Origin: an uncultured Phycisphaerales bacterium | GTDB lineage: Bacteria > Planctomycetota > Phycisphaerae > Tepidisphaerales > Tepidisphaeraceae | NCBI GenBank assembly: GCA_963755915.1 | Contig: CAVWLP010000002.1 | Span: forward strand, 1,856,001 to 1,920,000 | Length of the DNA: 64,000 nt | Direction of reading: 5' to 3' | In this document: positions 45,731 to 56,274 of the stretch, in pieces | How the letters are laid out: each line of letters opens with the position of its first letter | Position numbering within the stretch: the stretch's first letter is position 1 | Position numbers and translations under genes: made by a program | The notes under the pieces: generated by a model | What the model was told of the DNA's origin: nothing | What the model saw: only the letters and a program-made list of their open reading frames with translations | Database searches by the model: none

Positions 45731-46078
45731 TCAGCGTCCCATCAGATACATCCCCATGACTAGGGCTGCCATTCCAAGAACATTTACCGCCTTGATCGGC
45801 GTTCCAAAGGCGAACCACGCGATGATGGCCGCCCAGATAAACGTGCTGGCGTAAATCGGGTAAAGGGCGGCCAACGATCCGCCGCGCTTGAACGCCGCCA
45901 CGAAAAGGACCATGACGGCCACATAACAAACCACTCCGCCCACGAGCGGCACGTTCAGGAGATATCCGGCCACCGAATTGCCGGCGCGATCGGCTCCGAT
46001 TTTATATAGGTATTGCCCAACCGCACCAAAAAGCGCCGCGGCGGCGAACAAGGCGATTGATGTGACAGGTGTTTTCAT
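45731..46078 (-). CDS. Small DMT/EamA-superfamily membrane protein
   Basis: 115 aa, four TM helices. Confidence 0.7.
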   Translation of the reverse strand: MKTPVTSIALFAAAALFGAVGQYLYKIGADRAGNSVAGYLLNVPLVGGVVCYVAVMVLFVAAFKRGGSLAALYPIYASTFIWAAIIAWFAFGTPIKAVNVLGMAALVMGMYLMGR

Positions 46079-46140
46079 GGTATTGCCCGAAAATGGAAAT
46101 CGCCTGGGGGATGAAGCCCAGGCGATACCATGATACCACG

Positions 46141-46213
46141 TGACCCCGACGGGATTCGAACCCGTGTCGCGGCCTTGAAAGGGCCGTGTCCTAGGCCTCT
46201 AGACGACGGGGCC
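46141..46213 (-). tRNA. tRNA-Glu (TTC), CCA not encoded
   Basis: GGCCCCGTCGTCTAGAGGCCTAGGACACGGCCCTTTCAAGGCCGCGACACGGGTTCGAATCCCGTCGGGGTCA cloverleaf. Confidence 0.96.
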
Positions 46214-46337
46214 AAATTCTTGTCGAATCGAATTTCAACTGCCTAGGAGCGGGCACAATATGCAGATGTTGTTGGAAAGGTCAATTGAGCTCGCAACCAG
46301 GAGCTTAGTGGGGCATCCTGCCCCCGGCGTCCTGCCG

Positions 46338-46443
46338 ATGCGGAGTACCGCTCCTCGCCTCCGGCTGAAGAGATTGGGCCTCCGGCCCCACGGCCCCACG
46401 GCCCTCCGGGCCTATGCGGAGTACCGCTCCTCGCCTCCGGCTG
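46338..46443. repeat. Two identical 30-bp direct repeats
   Basis: ATGCGGAGTACCGCTCCTCGCCTCCGGCTG at 46338-46367 and 46414-46443. Confidence 0.9.
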
Positions 46444-46485
46444 CGGGGATTTGGCAATCGGCAATCGGCATTTCATAATCCCCCC

Positions 46486-47226
46486 ATGCTCCATTTCCAC
46501 AAATTCCGCCAGGAACTTTTTGCCCCTCAGCCCGCCAAGGACGTTTACATCAAGCGTCCTGCCGGCCGGGGCTGGCCGGAGGAATGCCCGCCGATCCGGG
46601 CCGCCAACGCTTTCGGCTTCGATATCCTCGCCAACTTCGACATCACCTTCATCCAGAAGCGCGGGAAGTGGAGCGTGCAGAAAGACATCGTCCTGCAAAG
46701 CGACTTCGATTACGCCACGGCAGAGGATTCCCCCGGCAAACCGCTCGCCCAGCAATACGCCTGGTTCTGGGAGAAAGGGCAGAAGCTTCCGCACGTGATC
46801 AGCGACAATGTCTACGCCCAGATCAGCAACCAGGTGAAGGTCAGCTCATTTCTCTTTCTCAAGACCGATCCCAATGAGCTGCTGCTGATGACGGATTCGC
46901 CGAATCAATCGCGCCCGTTTCGGGCGATGTCGGCGATCATCGAAACCGACTGGTACCCCGCCAGCTATCCCTGGCACGTGGTGCTGGAACTGGACCGCCG
47001 GGAAAAGCGGATTCGTATACGCAAGGGAGAACCGATCTGCCGGATTATTCCGCTTAAGCGCGAAGCTTATTTTGCCGGCGAGATGTCGCAGAGCGATTTC
47101 GACGATTTTTTCTACCGCGGCCAGAAATGGCTCGCGACCCACGGCAAATTCGAGCATGAGGGCCGCATGGACATCACCCGCACCTACGTCCGCCAGCAGA
47201 TTCGGCCGAAGTTTGTGGTGATGTAA
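46486..47226 (+). CDS. Hypothetical protein, DUF6065-like
   Basis: CPPIRAANAFGFDI, SAIIETDWYP, KGEPICRIIP. Confidence 0.7.
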   Translation: MLHFHKFRQELFAPQPAKDVYIKRPAGRGWPEECPPIRAANAFGFDILANFDITFIQKRGKWSVQKDIVLQSDFDYATAEDSPGKPLAQQYAWFWEKGQKLPHVISDNVYAQISNQVKVSSFLFLKTDPNELLLMTDSPNQSRPFRAMSAIIETDWYPASYPWHVVLELDRREKRIRIRKGEPICRIIPLKREAYFAGEMSQSDFDDFFYRGQKWLATHGKFEHEGRMDITRTYVRQQIRPKFVVM

Positions 47227-47256
47227 CGGCCGGGCATCGACGACCGATTTCTAAAT

Positions 47257-48366
47257 CTATTCGTTATGCGATTCGATTACGGTAACCTTGGGCAAATTCT
47301 GGTCCGCGAGGTTTTGCGTAAGTGTGTTGATTAGCGGAACCACATCCTGAAGCTGTGAATCGATTCGATCGAAACTCGCGCGAAGCGATTCCTCCGATGG
47401 AAACCGCTGCATCTGATCCAAAACCCGGCTGAAGCGCTGGAGGCGGGCTCCCACCGCGTCCGACCGCGCGTGTAACTCGGCCAGATCGATGGAAAGAGAT
47501 AAAAGCTCCTGGTTCCACTGGCTCAGCAGGTCGGCGCCGGCGGCTTTCGCCGCCGCGTCCTGGCGCTCCAGCAGCGCTGCCTTTGCCTGGGCCAAATCGG
47601 CGGTGGCTTCATCGAGCTGCTGGGGTGTCGCCGTGCCCTGGCTCATCAGGGATTTGATCCGATCCATTTCCTTTTGCCGTGCATCGACGACGTCCTGCAA
47701 CTGCTGGGCGATGGGATCAGCCTGGATCTTGGCGGAGATTTGCAAGTTCAATCTTGCCATGGCATCGGTGAGTGCGCCCCGGCGCGCCGTTTTACCGGCG
47801 ATGTCGAGCTGAGCGGTCTCGTCCTCGGAATCGAGCGCTCGACCCAGCGTGCGAATCCCGTCTTCCGATGAATCCGCTAAATTACCTGCTGAACCGCGTA
47901 TCTCGTTCAGTTCCGCCAACTTGTCCGCGACTTCCCCCCGTAAATCAAGCAGATGCCGATCCGTCGCCCTGGCCTGGCTCAACTGGTTTCGCCAGTCTTC
48001 GCGCATGGCTTCGGTCTGATCCGCCAGTTTCTGATCGATTGTCTGGACATACTGATCCGCTTCCGCAGGCGCATCCTGGAAAAAAGAACCCGGACCAACC
48101 ATCAGCGGAGGGCGCTCTTCGACGGTTACTCTGACGACCACCCCATTGGGCACGGCCTTTTGCTTAACATCAACGGTGCCGTAGGGAACGCCGCCAATTC
48201 GGCCAAAATTGAACGACACGACTGCGTCCGCATACTCCGGCGGAGAATAAATGTGCAAGACGCGGATGGCTTTGACAAAGGGCGTCGGTTTCGTGGTGGG
48301 AGAATCGCCCATTGCAGCGGCCGCGCTAAGCCAAATTCCCAGTGCGATTATTTTTGCGATTTTCAT
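47257..48366 (-). CDS. Secreted coiled-coil hypothetical protein
   Basis: Signal peptide and long heptad-rich helices; third gene of the ECF operon. Confidence 0.7.
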   Translation of the reverse strand: MKIAKIIALGIWLSAAAAMGDSPTTKPTPFVKAIRVLHIYSPPEYADAVVSFNFGRIGGVPYGTVDVKQKAVPNGVVVRVTVEERPPLMVGPGSFFQDAPAEADQYVQTIDQKLADQTEAMREDWRNQLSQARATDRHLLDLRGEVADKLAELNEIRGSAGNLADSSEDGIRTLGRALDSEDETAQLDIAGKTARRGALTDAMARLNLQISAKIQADPIAQQLQDVVDARQKEMDRIKSLMSQGTATPQQLDEATADLAQAKAALLERQDAAAKAAGADLLSQWNQELLSLSIDLAELHARSDAVGARLQRFSRVLDQMQRFPSEESLRASFDRIDSQLQDVVPLINTLTQNLADQNLPKVTVIESHNE

Positions 48367-48901
48367 GATTCGTTTCCTTTGTGTTCGATGGTTCCGATGT
48401 GCGCCTGGGCAATCGCGGCCGCCGGTGAGTGCGGAAACTTTTTGATCGCGGCCTCATAGTCGCCCAAAGCCGCCGCCCGATCGTGAAAGCGCGCGTTCAT
48501 CACATCGCCGCTGTGGACCAGAATGAGCGCGGCCCGATTTGTCTGCTGGGAAAGGTTCCAGAGGTATTCATCCGCCGCCATCGTGCTGGCCGGCTGCGAT
48601 TCCCGCTCGTGCTTTTCAAGCAAATCCGCGATCATCTGGTGCAATTTCGCATCCGCTTCGATTGCGCGAATATCTTCGATAGGGGCGCGGAGATGACTGC
48701 GAGCGTGGGGTGTGGCCTGCTTTGCATAAGCGAAGTGGCGGTGAGCGCCAGTGTAATTACGGTCACTATCGCCGCGCCCGTCCGCAGCATGCGCCGGCGC
48801 CGATGCACCCGGCGAACGCGCCCGGCCATATCCGCGGCAACGCCCGGCGCTTCCGACATCGCGTCCGTCCTTCTGAGGATTTCCGCCAGCGGATCATTCA
48901 T
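48363..48901 (-). CDS. Putative single-TM anti-sigma factor (frameshift near 48686)
   Basis: Directly after the ECF gene; RRRR-TM, then a TPR-like 'IKKFPHSPAAAIA' segment. Confidence 0.65.
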
Positions 48902-49403
48902 GGAGCACCTTCCGCAACTTCTCCCTCGCTCGGTGCAGTCGCACGTCGATCGCCCCGGCCGATGTTTTCGTCCGCCGGCTTATCTCGGCTACCGTCCACT
49001 CTTCCAGGTAGTACAGCACGACAACTTCTCGATCCCGATCCGGAAGAGCGGCAACCGCATCCCGGACTTTCTGAACCGTCTCATCCCGCTCCATCGCGAG
49101 ATTCAGCCCGGCCGAACCGTCGGCCTTGGCGCGCGTGAGCCATCTGAATTCCAGCAATCTCCTCCGCCGATGCGACCGGCAGCGATTGATGGCGATGGCG
49201 GCCAGCCAGGTCCACTCAGACGACTCGCCGCGGAACTGATCGAATCGGCGCAGCGCCATGAGAAAGACGTCCTGCACGATATCGTCCACCTCGCCGCGCC
49301 AGCCGAGCAGTCGGTAGACGAGCCGGGCCACGCGCTGCTGATGCCGGGCGACGAAACGGTCGAACGGATCTTCCGCCCTTGGCGCGGATTGCCTCGCTTC
49401 CAT
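48894..49403 (-). CDS. ECF RNA polymerase sigma factor
   Basis: DDIVQDVF, TWL..IA.N, LPDRDREVVVL, VRLHRAR. Confidence 0.9.
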   Translation of the reverse strand: MEARQSAPRAEDPFDRFVARHQQRVARLVYRLLGWRGEVDDIVQDVFLMALRRFDQFRGESSEWTWLAAIAINRCRSHRRRRLLEFRWLTRAKADGSAGLNLAMERDETVQKVRDAVAALPDRDREVVVLYYLEEWTVAEISRRTKTSAGAIDVRLHRAREKLRKVLHE

Positions 49404-49487
49404 TGCCGCGGATGAGCCGGATGGCAGCCAGTGCACGGGTCTTTGCTGGATTAGACGCGCCACGGAGTCGAACCTTACATGAATGGA

Positions 49488-49772
49488 TTATTTATGCCCC
49501 TTCGGCCGCTTTTTCCCTAGATATTTCCGGCCGATCGCGGCTGAAAGATCCACGTCATTGATATTCGCCAGGGTGCAGAGCCACGCGATCACATCCGCGA
49601 ATTCCTCCTCCAGGTTCGCGCGATCGTCGCCGTTCAGCGCCGTCGCCAGTTCGCCGATTTCCTCGATGAGCCAGAGAAACGTCTTGGGCGTTCCGCGCTT
49701 GCGATCGACTTTTTCGTATTTGTCGGAGATCTGTTTTTGGAATTGGGAGATGGTGAGCTTGCTGAAGTCCAT
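49488..49772 (-). CDS. MazG-like nucleotide pyrophosphohydrolase
   Basis: WLIEEIGELA..EEFADV. Confidence 0.88.
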   Translation of the reverse strand: MDFSKLTISQFQKQISDKYEKVDRKRGTPKTFLWLIEEIGELATALNGDDRANLEEEFADVIAWLCTLANINDVDLSAAIGRKYLGKKRPKGHK

Positions 49773-49795
49773 CCCCGCATGATAACCGCCGCAAA

Positions 49796-52415
49796 TCAAT
49801 TCGGCTGCGTGGCAGCCGCCGCGTCCATCTTCGGCGCCAGTCGGCTAGCTCGCCAATGACCCGCTTCTCGCGGGCTACGCCATCGGCGTCCCCAAGCTTC
49901 TCGTCAACTTCCTCCAGGATCTTGTGCGCGTCCGGATCATAAAGATCCGTATACATCGCCCGCCGCGCCCAGGGCAGCGCTTCCTGGGGCTTGCCGCAAT
50001 TGAGGTATGCCCGCGCCGCGGCTTTCCCATAAACATTGCTCTGAATCTCCACCGCCGCCAGAATCGCCAGTTGGTCCGCCGACTTTTCGGGCTCGTTGCA
50101 CACTTTATACAACCCTGCCAGGCGCTTATGCGGCAGCAGGTCCATCGGCCGCAGCCGCTCGATTTCCTCCCACACCGGCAGCGCCTGCGGATACTGGTCC
50201 TGTTTGATCAACGCCTCCCCCTCGTCCTTCAGCATCTCGCATTTCTCCGTCGTCTTCTGGTCATATCCCCACCCCGCGATCTGCGATTCGCACCAGGCCT
50301 GAAATTCATCCGAGAACTGGGCTTCACTTTCATGCAGGACGTTCTGGAAAACTTCATCCTCGGTGTGCCCGAGCCGATATTCGTTCATCATCCCCAGGAT
50401 CGCCTGGTGGCCGTAGGTCTGCTCGATGAACTGGCAAATCCAGCTCGACTGGGCATAAGCCAATTGCCGATCGATCGGCTGCCTTGGCCTCACGAATGCC
50501 CACGTCAGCTCGTCGATCGCAAACAGATGGTGCTTGCTGACAGCGTCGTACAGCATCGGCACCCATTCCCACCGCAGCGGCGAGTGTTCCTGCTGCACCG
50601 CCAGGCCCTCTGTAAACCAGTGGGAAATGCGGTTGTCGGTCGCGCCCAGCGTTACGGTGTGCGTGAATTCATGCCGCGTCACCTGGCTGAAATTAAACGG
50701 CCCCGTCGTGCGCTCCCCAGCGCGCGGGCGCACAGCGCGATGATCCGCCCCGTGCTCGCCCCCACGGTCGGCAGCCATGGGCCGCCGGTGGTCCGAACCG
50801 CGAATTCATCCTGCGTCGGAAAAACCTCGATCAGCGTTTTCACTTTCGGCTCAAACTGATACGCCCGGCAAACCGCCGGATAAACGCTCTCCAGGTAATC
50901 GTTGAAATATTCGGGAACGATCGGGTCCTGCACCGGGTCATACATCACGATGAAATGGGCCGATTCCCGGCGGGCGAAGTTGTCCATGACGTCGAGCAGG
51001 CGAAGGTAATTCGTTGTGCTGTAGTTGAACGGATCGAGCATGTGCGCCGCGCCCAATACCCGACGGGCCGAAGCCTCATCGCCGCTTTGCGTGTAGAGCA
51101 ATCCGAGCCCGTTGCGGGCCGATGTCCACCACGGCGCCCGCGCGACGGCCACCTGGTACATCGCCTCCGCCCGCGGATATTGCCGCATGGTGGCGAGCTG
51201 CTCGGCCACCTCGAAATAGGCGACCGCGCTCTGCGGCGCGATCGCATCTGCCTGCTTCAGCACCGCCAGGCACTGGTCATCCTGCACAAGCATCGCATCG
51301 GCCGCTGCCAGGAGGCCGAGGGCTTCCAGGTTTTTCGGCTGATGAAACAGCGCATCCCGCAGCGGCGGCAGGGCCAGCTTCGGCATCTGCTGGGCCAAAA
51401 GGTTCCGGCCCTCCAGCACGTCCGCATCCACCGACTGCGGATTGACATCCCGAATCGCGCTCACCGCCTTGTCCACGCCGTCAAAATTGAACTGCCCAAG
51501 CTGCATGCGCCCAAAGAGCACCCAGCTCCCGACGTTGTGCGGGTTGGCGCTGAGCGCGGCCGTCAATTCGTCCGCGGCCGAGGGGGGATCATCATGCGAG
51601 AAAAACATTTCCGCGGCGGCAAGATGCGCCGGCCAATAGCCCTGGTCGATCTGGTCATACGCCCGCACGAAGATATTCAGCACCACGTCGTGCAACTGCT
51701 TTTCGCGCTGATAGGCCATCGTCAGCGTCGCCCACCGATCGATCGCACGGCCCATGAGGGTCACTTCTTCCGGATCGTCAAACGATTCCGGATGCTCGAT
51801 CCACTCCTGGAGGTAATTCCGCGGCCCATCGATGAACCAGTCATACTCCGCCGTCGCCCCGGCGACGTCCCCCAGCTTCTCGCGGTAATCCCCCAGATAA
51901 TAATGAATCGCGACGAGATCCGTGTCTCGGCGAAGCTGCCTCTGGAGGATGCCGATGGCCGCCATGTATGCCCCCTGCGCCGCCATCACCCGGGCGCGAA
52001 GAACCTGGATCGGTACGCTCTCCTGAAACTGCGGCGCGTCCAGGGTTCTGAGCGCATCGGCAAACCGCCCCAGCTCAAGCTGGCACTGGCCGCGAAGCAG
52101 CGCCACCTTTTCCGGCCTCTTGCTCTTGACCGATTCCAGCACGACCAGGGCCCGCCGATATTGCCCCGCCCAAAAAAGGTCCTGCGCCTGGGCCAGGGAA
52201 CTGCCCTGGTCGTAATCCGGAATGCTTAGCTGTTCGCCCTGCTCTGGAAGCAGCGGCTTGATCCATTTGCCGGGAATCGTCTGATCGTCGTAAGCCCCGG
52301 CAAAGACTGCCGGCGCCGCACCACAAAGAAGCAAAAGAAAAAGAGTTAACCGCCAGGGCGCCAAGATCGCCAAGAAATTCCGCCCGTAACTCGCAACTCG
52401 CAACGCGCAACTCAC
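49796..52415 (-). CDS. TPR protein with peptidase MA-like metallohydrolase domain (frameshifts near 50727 and 49834)
   Basis: TPR repeats; HEFTH zinc motif followed by WFTEGLA. Confidence 0.85.
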
Positions 52416-52441
52416 TTCCTGATATTATAAGTCACCAGACC

Positions 52442-53596
52442 ATGAACGCGATCAACGATTTCATCGGCAATCCCGAGCAGTTCCCGGTCCTGCGGCAATG
52501 GGCGTTTTTCAACCATGCCGGGGTGGCGCCGCTGCCGCGCGCGGCCGGCGACGCTTTGCGGGCCTTTGCAGACCAGGCCGAATCGGCCGCCTATCTCGAA
52601 TCGGGATGGTATCAGGACGTCGAAAAGCTGCGGCAGGAAACGGCCGCCTTCATCGGCTGCCATCGCGACGAAATCGCCTTCATTAAGAACACCAGCGAGG
52701 GGATTAACATCGTCGCCAAGGGAATCGATTGGCAGTTTGGCGACCGCATCATCACGACAAACGTCGAATACCCCGCCAACATCTACCCCTGGATGGCCCT
52801 CACCCGCGAGCGCGGGGTGAAGCTGGTGATGGTGGAGGAAGAAGCCGGTCCCGATGGTTCGCGATATGTCCCGGTTGAAAAAATCCTCCAGGCCGCCGCC
52901 GAACCGAAAACCCGGCTGGTCACCCTTTCCCACGTCGAATTCGCCAGCGGGCAGCGCCACGACCTGGCCCGCATCGGCCAATTCTGTGCCGAGCGCGACG
53001 TCCTCTTCTGCGTCGACGCGATCCAATCCCTCGGCGTTTTGCCGCTGGATGTCTCGAGCATGTTCATCGACTTCCTCTCCGCCGACGGGCACAAATGGCT
53101 CCTTGGCCCCGAGGGCGCGGGAATTTTCTATTGCCGGCGGGGACTCATCGAGCACACCCGCCCGATGATGATCGGGTGGATGAACGTCGTCGATGCCCAG
53201 AACTTCGGCAATTACGATTCGACCCTCCGCCCCGACGCCGGCCGATTCGAATGCGGCAGTTACAACGTCCCCGGCCTCATGTCGCTGCGCGCTTCGCTCC
53301 AACTGATCCAGTCGATCGGCATCCCCGCCATCTCCAACCGCGTGAAAGCACTGGGCGACCTGCTCATCGGCGGGCTAAAAGACAAGGGATACAAAATCAT
53401 CAGCCCCCGCCTGGGGGAATCGTGGAGCGGTATCGTCAGCTTCGCACATCCGACGCACAGCCATGAAAAGATATTTCAGGATTTGCGTGCGAAGCGGATC
53501 GAGATCGCGCTGAGGGTCAACCGCCTGCGCTGCTCGGCGCACTTCTATAATACCGAGGCGCAGATTCAGCAGCTTCTCGCGGCCCTGCCGGCGTGA
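52442..53596 (+). CDS. Aminotransferase class V PLP-dependent enzyme
   Basis: NHAGVAP, NTSEG, DAIQSLG, DGHKWLLGP, SAHFYN. Confidence 0.92.
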   Translation: MNAINDFIGNPEQFPVLRQWAFFNHAGVAPLPRAAGDALRAFADQAESAAYLESGWYQDVEKLRQETAAFIGCHRDEIAFIKNTSEGINIVAKGIDWQFGDRIITTNVEYPANIYPWMALTRERGVKLVMVEEEAGPDGSRYVPVEKILQAAAEPKTRLVTLSHVEFASGQRHDLARIGQFCAERDVLFCVDAIQSLGVLPLDVSSMFIDFLSADGHKWLLGPEGAGIFYCRRGLIEHTRPMMIGWMNVVDAQNFGNYDSTLRPDAGRFECGSYNVPGLMSLRASLQLIQSIGIPAISNRVKALGDLLIGGLKDKGYKIISPRLGESWSGIVSFAHPTHSHEKIFQDLRAKRIEIALRVNRLRCSAHFYNTEAQIQQLLAALPA

Positions 53597-53604
53597 TAGG
53601 CAAT

Positions 53605-54758
53605 TTATTCCGCCCGCGCGGGAATGGATCGGTGCTCAAGCTCAAAATCCGCCGACGGCATCTTCGCGTAAAACGCCTTGCTCCTGGGATTCAGGTATTC
53701 CGTCAATTCATCCCCGTCGAGCATCAGTTTTCCCGTGCTGGGATATTTGATCGCCACCGCGGCCGGCGCCTTGGGGGCGTCGATCCGCTGCGGGGAGCGA
53801 AAAATCCACACCCGGTCGGCCAGATTCTGCTTCAAAAAACTGTCGGCCAGCTTTCGCCCCGGTTCCACCAGCAGATGGACCAGCCCGCGCTTCCCGAGCT
53901 CATCCAGCAGATATTCCAGCGACAGCCCGCCATGCTCGTCGGCCGGGATCGGCAGGACTTCAACCTCGCGGGTGTTCAGCTCGGAGACCAGGTCCGCGTT
54001 CTGATTCATCGTCGCCTGCGAGCAGCAGATGACCGTGGGAATCTTCTTGGCAGTGCGAATGATCTGGCTGTCGAACCCGAGCCGAAGGCGCGAATCCAGC
54101 ACGATTCGCAGAGGGGTCGTACGCGGATTGGAGACGCGCGCCGTCAATAGCGGGTCGTCAGTCAGCGCCGTTCCGATGCCCACAAGAATCGCATCGCAGC
54201 GTGACCGAAGCTGATGCACCAGTTCCTGCGAGGCTTCGTTGCCGATCGCAACCCGCTTGCCGCCGGGCCCGGCGATCTTGCCATCCGCGCTGTGCGCCCA
54301 TTTCAGGATCACGTAGGGCCGGCGCTGTGTCCGGGCTTTGAAATAGGCGGCGTTGAGCTGCCTGGCCTCTTCATCCCGCAATCCTTCTTCAACGGTAATC
54401 CCCGCCTCACTGAGCATGTTCAGCCCCTTGCCGCAGACCAGGGGATTGGGATCAAGGCACGCCGCCACCACGCGCGAAACCTTCGCCGCGATCAGCGCCG
54501 TGCGCACGCCGGGGTCTTCTTATGTTCGTGCGGGCAGCAGGGTTCCAGCGTCACATACGCGGTCGCGCCGGCGGGATCGGCGCACGCCGCCAGGGCGTTG
54601 GCCTCCGCGTGCGGGCTGCCGAAACGCTGGTGATATCCCTCTGCGATGATCTGCCCATCGCGCACCAGCACGCACCCGACCATCGGGTTGGGCTCCACGT
54701 TTCCGCGGCCCCGCATGGCGATCTCAATCGCACGCATCATGGGATCAGATTCAGACAT
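53605..54758 (-). CDS. ribD: Bifunctional riboflavin biosynthesis deaminase/reductase (frameshift near 54503)
   Basis: PNPMVG, HAE, TLEPC, KWA.S.DGKIA, DDPLLTAR. Confidence 0.95.
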
Positions 54759-55266
54759 GGCCTTGCTGTCCCTCACTCTTGCGAACATGGTCCGAAATCA
54801 GGGTGTAAATCACCATCAGCGAAACACCCACACATAAAAAACTATCGGCCACATTGAACACCCATGGGAACAAATTCTGCCACGCGGGAAAGATATGAAT
54901 CATATCCCGCACATAACCCCTGGTGATTCTGTCATAAAGATTACCGACGACACCGGCCAGAAGCAGCCCCAGCAATATCTGGTATCCCCACCGATTTTTA
55001 CTCGCAGCAAAAAGATAAGTGAGAAAAATGATCGCCCCGAAGGAAACGATCACAAAGATCACCCGTCCACCCTGCCCCAGCCCGAAAACCGCCCCGTGAT
55101 TTCTCACCACGTCAAACTGGAGCCACCCCGGAATAACCTGATAAGGCTCCCCCGGCGTCAGGTTGGCAAACGCCAGCACCTTGGTCCAGAGGTCCAGGGT
55201 AACGCCGATTCCAGCGACAAGAAAAAACCGGCACAGCGCGGCGGGGGAGCGAAAGGGTTCTGGCAT
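54751..55266 (-). CDS. lspA: Lipoprotein signal peptidase II
   Basis: DLWTK, NHGAVFG, GNLYDR, VRD, FNVAD. Confidence 0.93.
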   Translation of the reverse strand: MPEPFRSPAALCRFFLVAGIGVTLDLWTKVLAFANLTPGEPYQVIPGWLQFDVVRNHGAVFGLGQGGRVIFVIVSFGAIIFLTYLFAASKNRWGYQILLGLLLAGVVGNLYDRITRGYVRDMIHIFPAWQNLFPWVFNVADSFLCVGVSLMVIYTLISDHVRKSEGQQGHV

Positions 55267-55296
55267 GCACGCGGATTCTAGGGAGAACTAGGGGAA

Positions 55297-55470
55297 AATT
55301 CGAATGACGAAACTCGAATGACGAATCAAACTCGAAATTCGAAACCGAAGAATTCGGACATTCGAATTTCGAATTTGATTCGTCGGAGCCGCGGACGGCT
55401 CCGGGCCGTAATCGGCGAGTACGCCCCGGAGGCGTCCGCACCTCCGAGTTTCGAATTTCGGATTTCCCCT
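55297..55470. repeat. Heptamer (TCGAA-rich) repeat tract interrupted by a GC-rich palindromic insert
   Basis: aattcgaatgacgaaactcgaatgacgaat...ttcgaatttcggattt with an insert at about 55384-55446. Confidence 0.7.
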
Positions 55471-55476
55471 TCGGGG

Positions 55477-56124
55477 CTATATTACTCCGTGCCGCTCGAT
55501 CTTCCTGGCGTACTCGATCGAGTATCGCGCCCACGGCTGCGCCTCCAGCCGCGCCCGGCTGATCGGCTTCCCCGTCCCTTCGCAGATTCCGTACGTTCCG
55601 TTCTGGATCTTGGCCAGCGCGTCGTTCAAATCGCGAAGCAGCTTGCGGTCTTTTTCCATCAGCCCCAGCGTGAATTCCTGCTCGTAATTGTCGGTGCCCA
55701 TGTCGGCCATGTGCAGCGGCAGATTGGAAAGGTTCGTCCCGCTGCTGCGCAGGGCCTCGCGTTCCATGGAGCTCATGTCGCCGACGATTTCCCGCCGCTT
55801 GGCCAGGATCGCGTCGCGAAAGCCTTCCAGTTCCTTGGGGGTGATGCCCGCGAGGTTCTTTCGTGGCCGCCCGTTGGTGGGAACGGCATCGGCCTGGGGA
55901 ATCTCAACCGGCGGCTCTTCCGGCGGGGCAATCCGCGGAGGGGCAATCGCCGAACGCGCCTTTCCTTTGCCTGGGACGCGATCGCCCAGTTTTGGCGCAG
56001 ATTTTTCTTCGCTTGTATGCGCCCTGTTCGCGCTGACTTTCGCCTGCGTCAGTTTAAGTTTTGGTTGACCGGCGACCTTCGACGCCTTCGGTGGCGACGC
56101 CTTTTTTTTCACTGACTTTGCCAC
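55477..56124 (-). CDS. TraR/DksA family regulator
   Basis: Lys/Pro-rich N-terminus, HMADMGTD, GTYGICE..GKPI...RLEA.PW. Confidence 0.9.
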   Translation of the reverse strand: MAKSVKKKASPPKASKVAGQPKLKLTQAKVSANRAHTSEEKSAPKLGDRVPGKGKARSAIAPPRIAPPEEPPVEIPQADAVPTNGRPRKNLAGITPKELEGFRDAILAKRREIVGDMSSMEREALRSSGTNLSNLPLHMADMGTDNYEQEFTLGLMEKDRKLLRDLNDALAKIQNGTYGICEGTGKPISRARLEAQPWARYSIEYARKIERHGVI

Positions 56125-56274
56125 AACACCCTCGTGCTTCCAAAGCTCCCCGTTGTCAAAAAAACCAAAGAACAGCGATCTTAACACGTTATCGGCATTT
56201 TGTCAAAAGCGGTGGAGGTTTGACTTACGCATCGACGGCATTAAAACCATTGCCCGCAGCGCAAGGAAAAGTGC

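Noticed and set aside
46338-46443. CRISPR array
   Set aside because: Only two repeats, a low-complexity spacer, and no cas genes or AT-rich leader.
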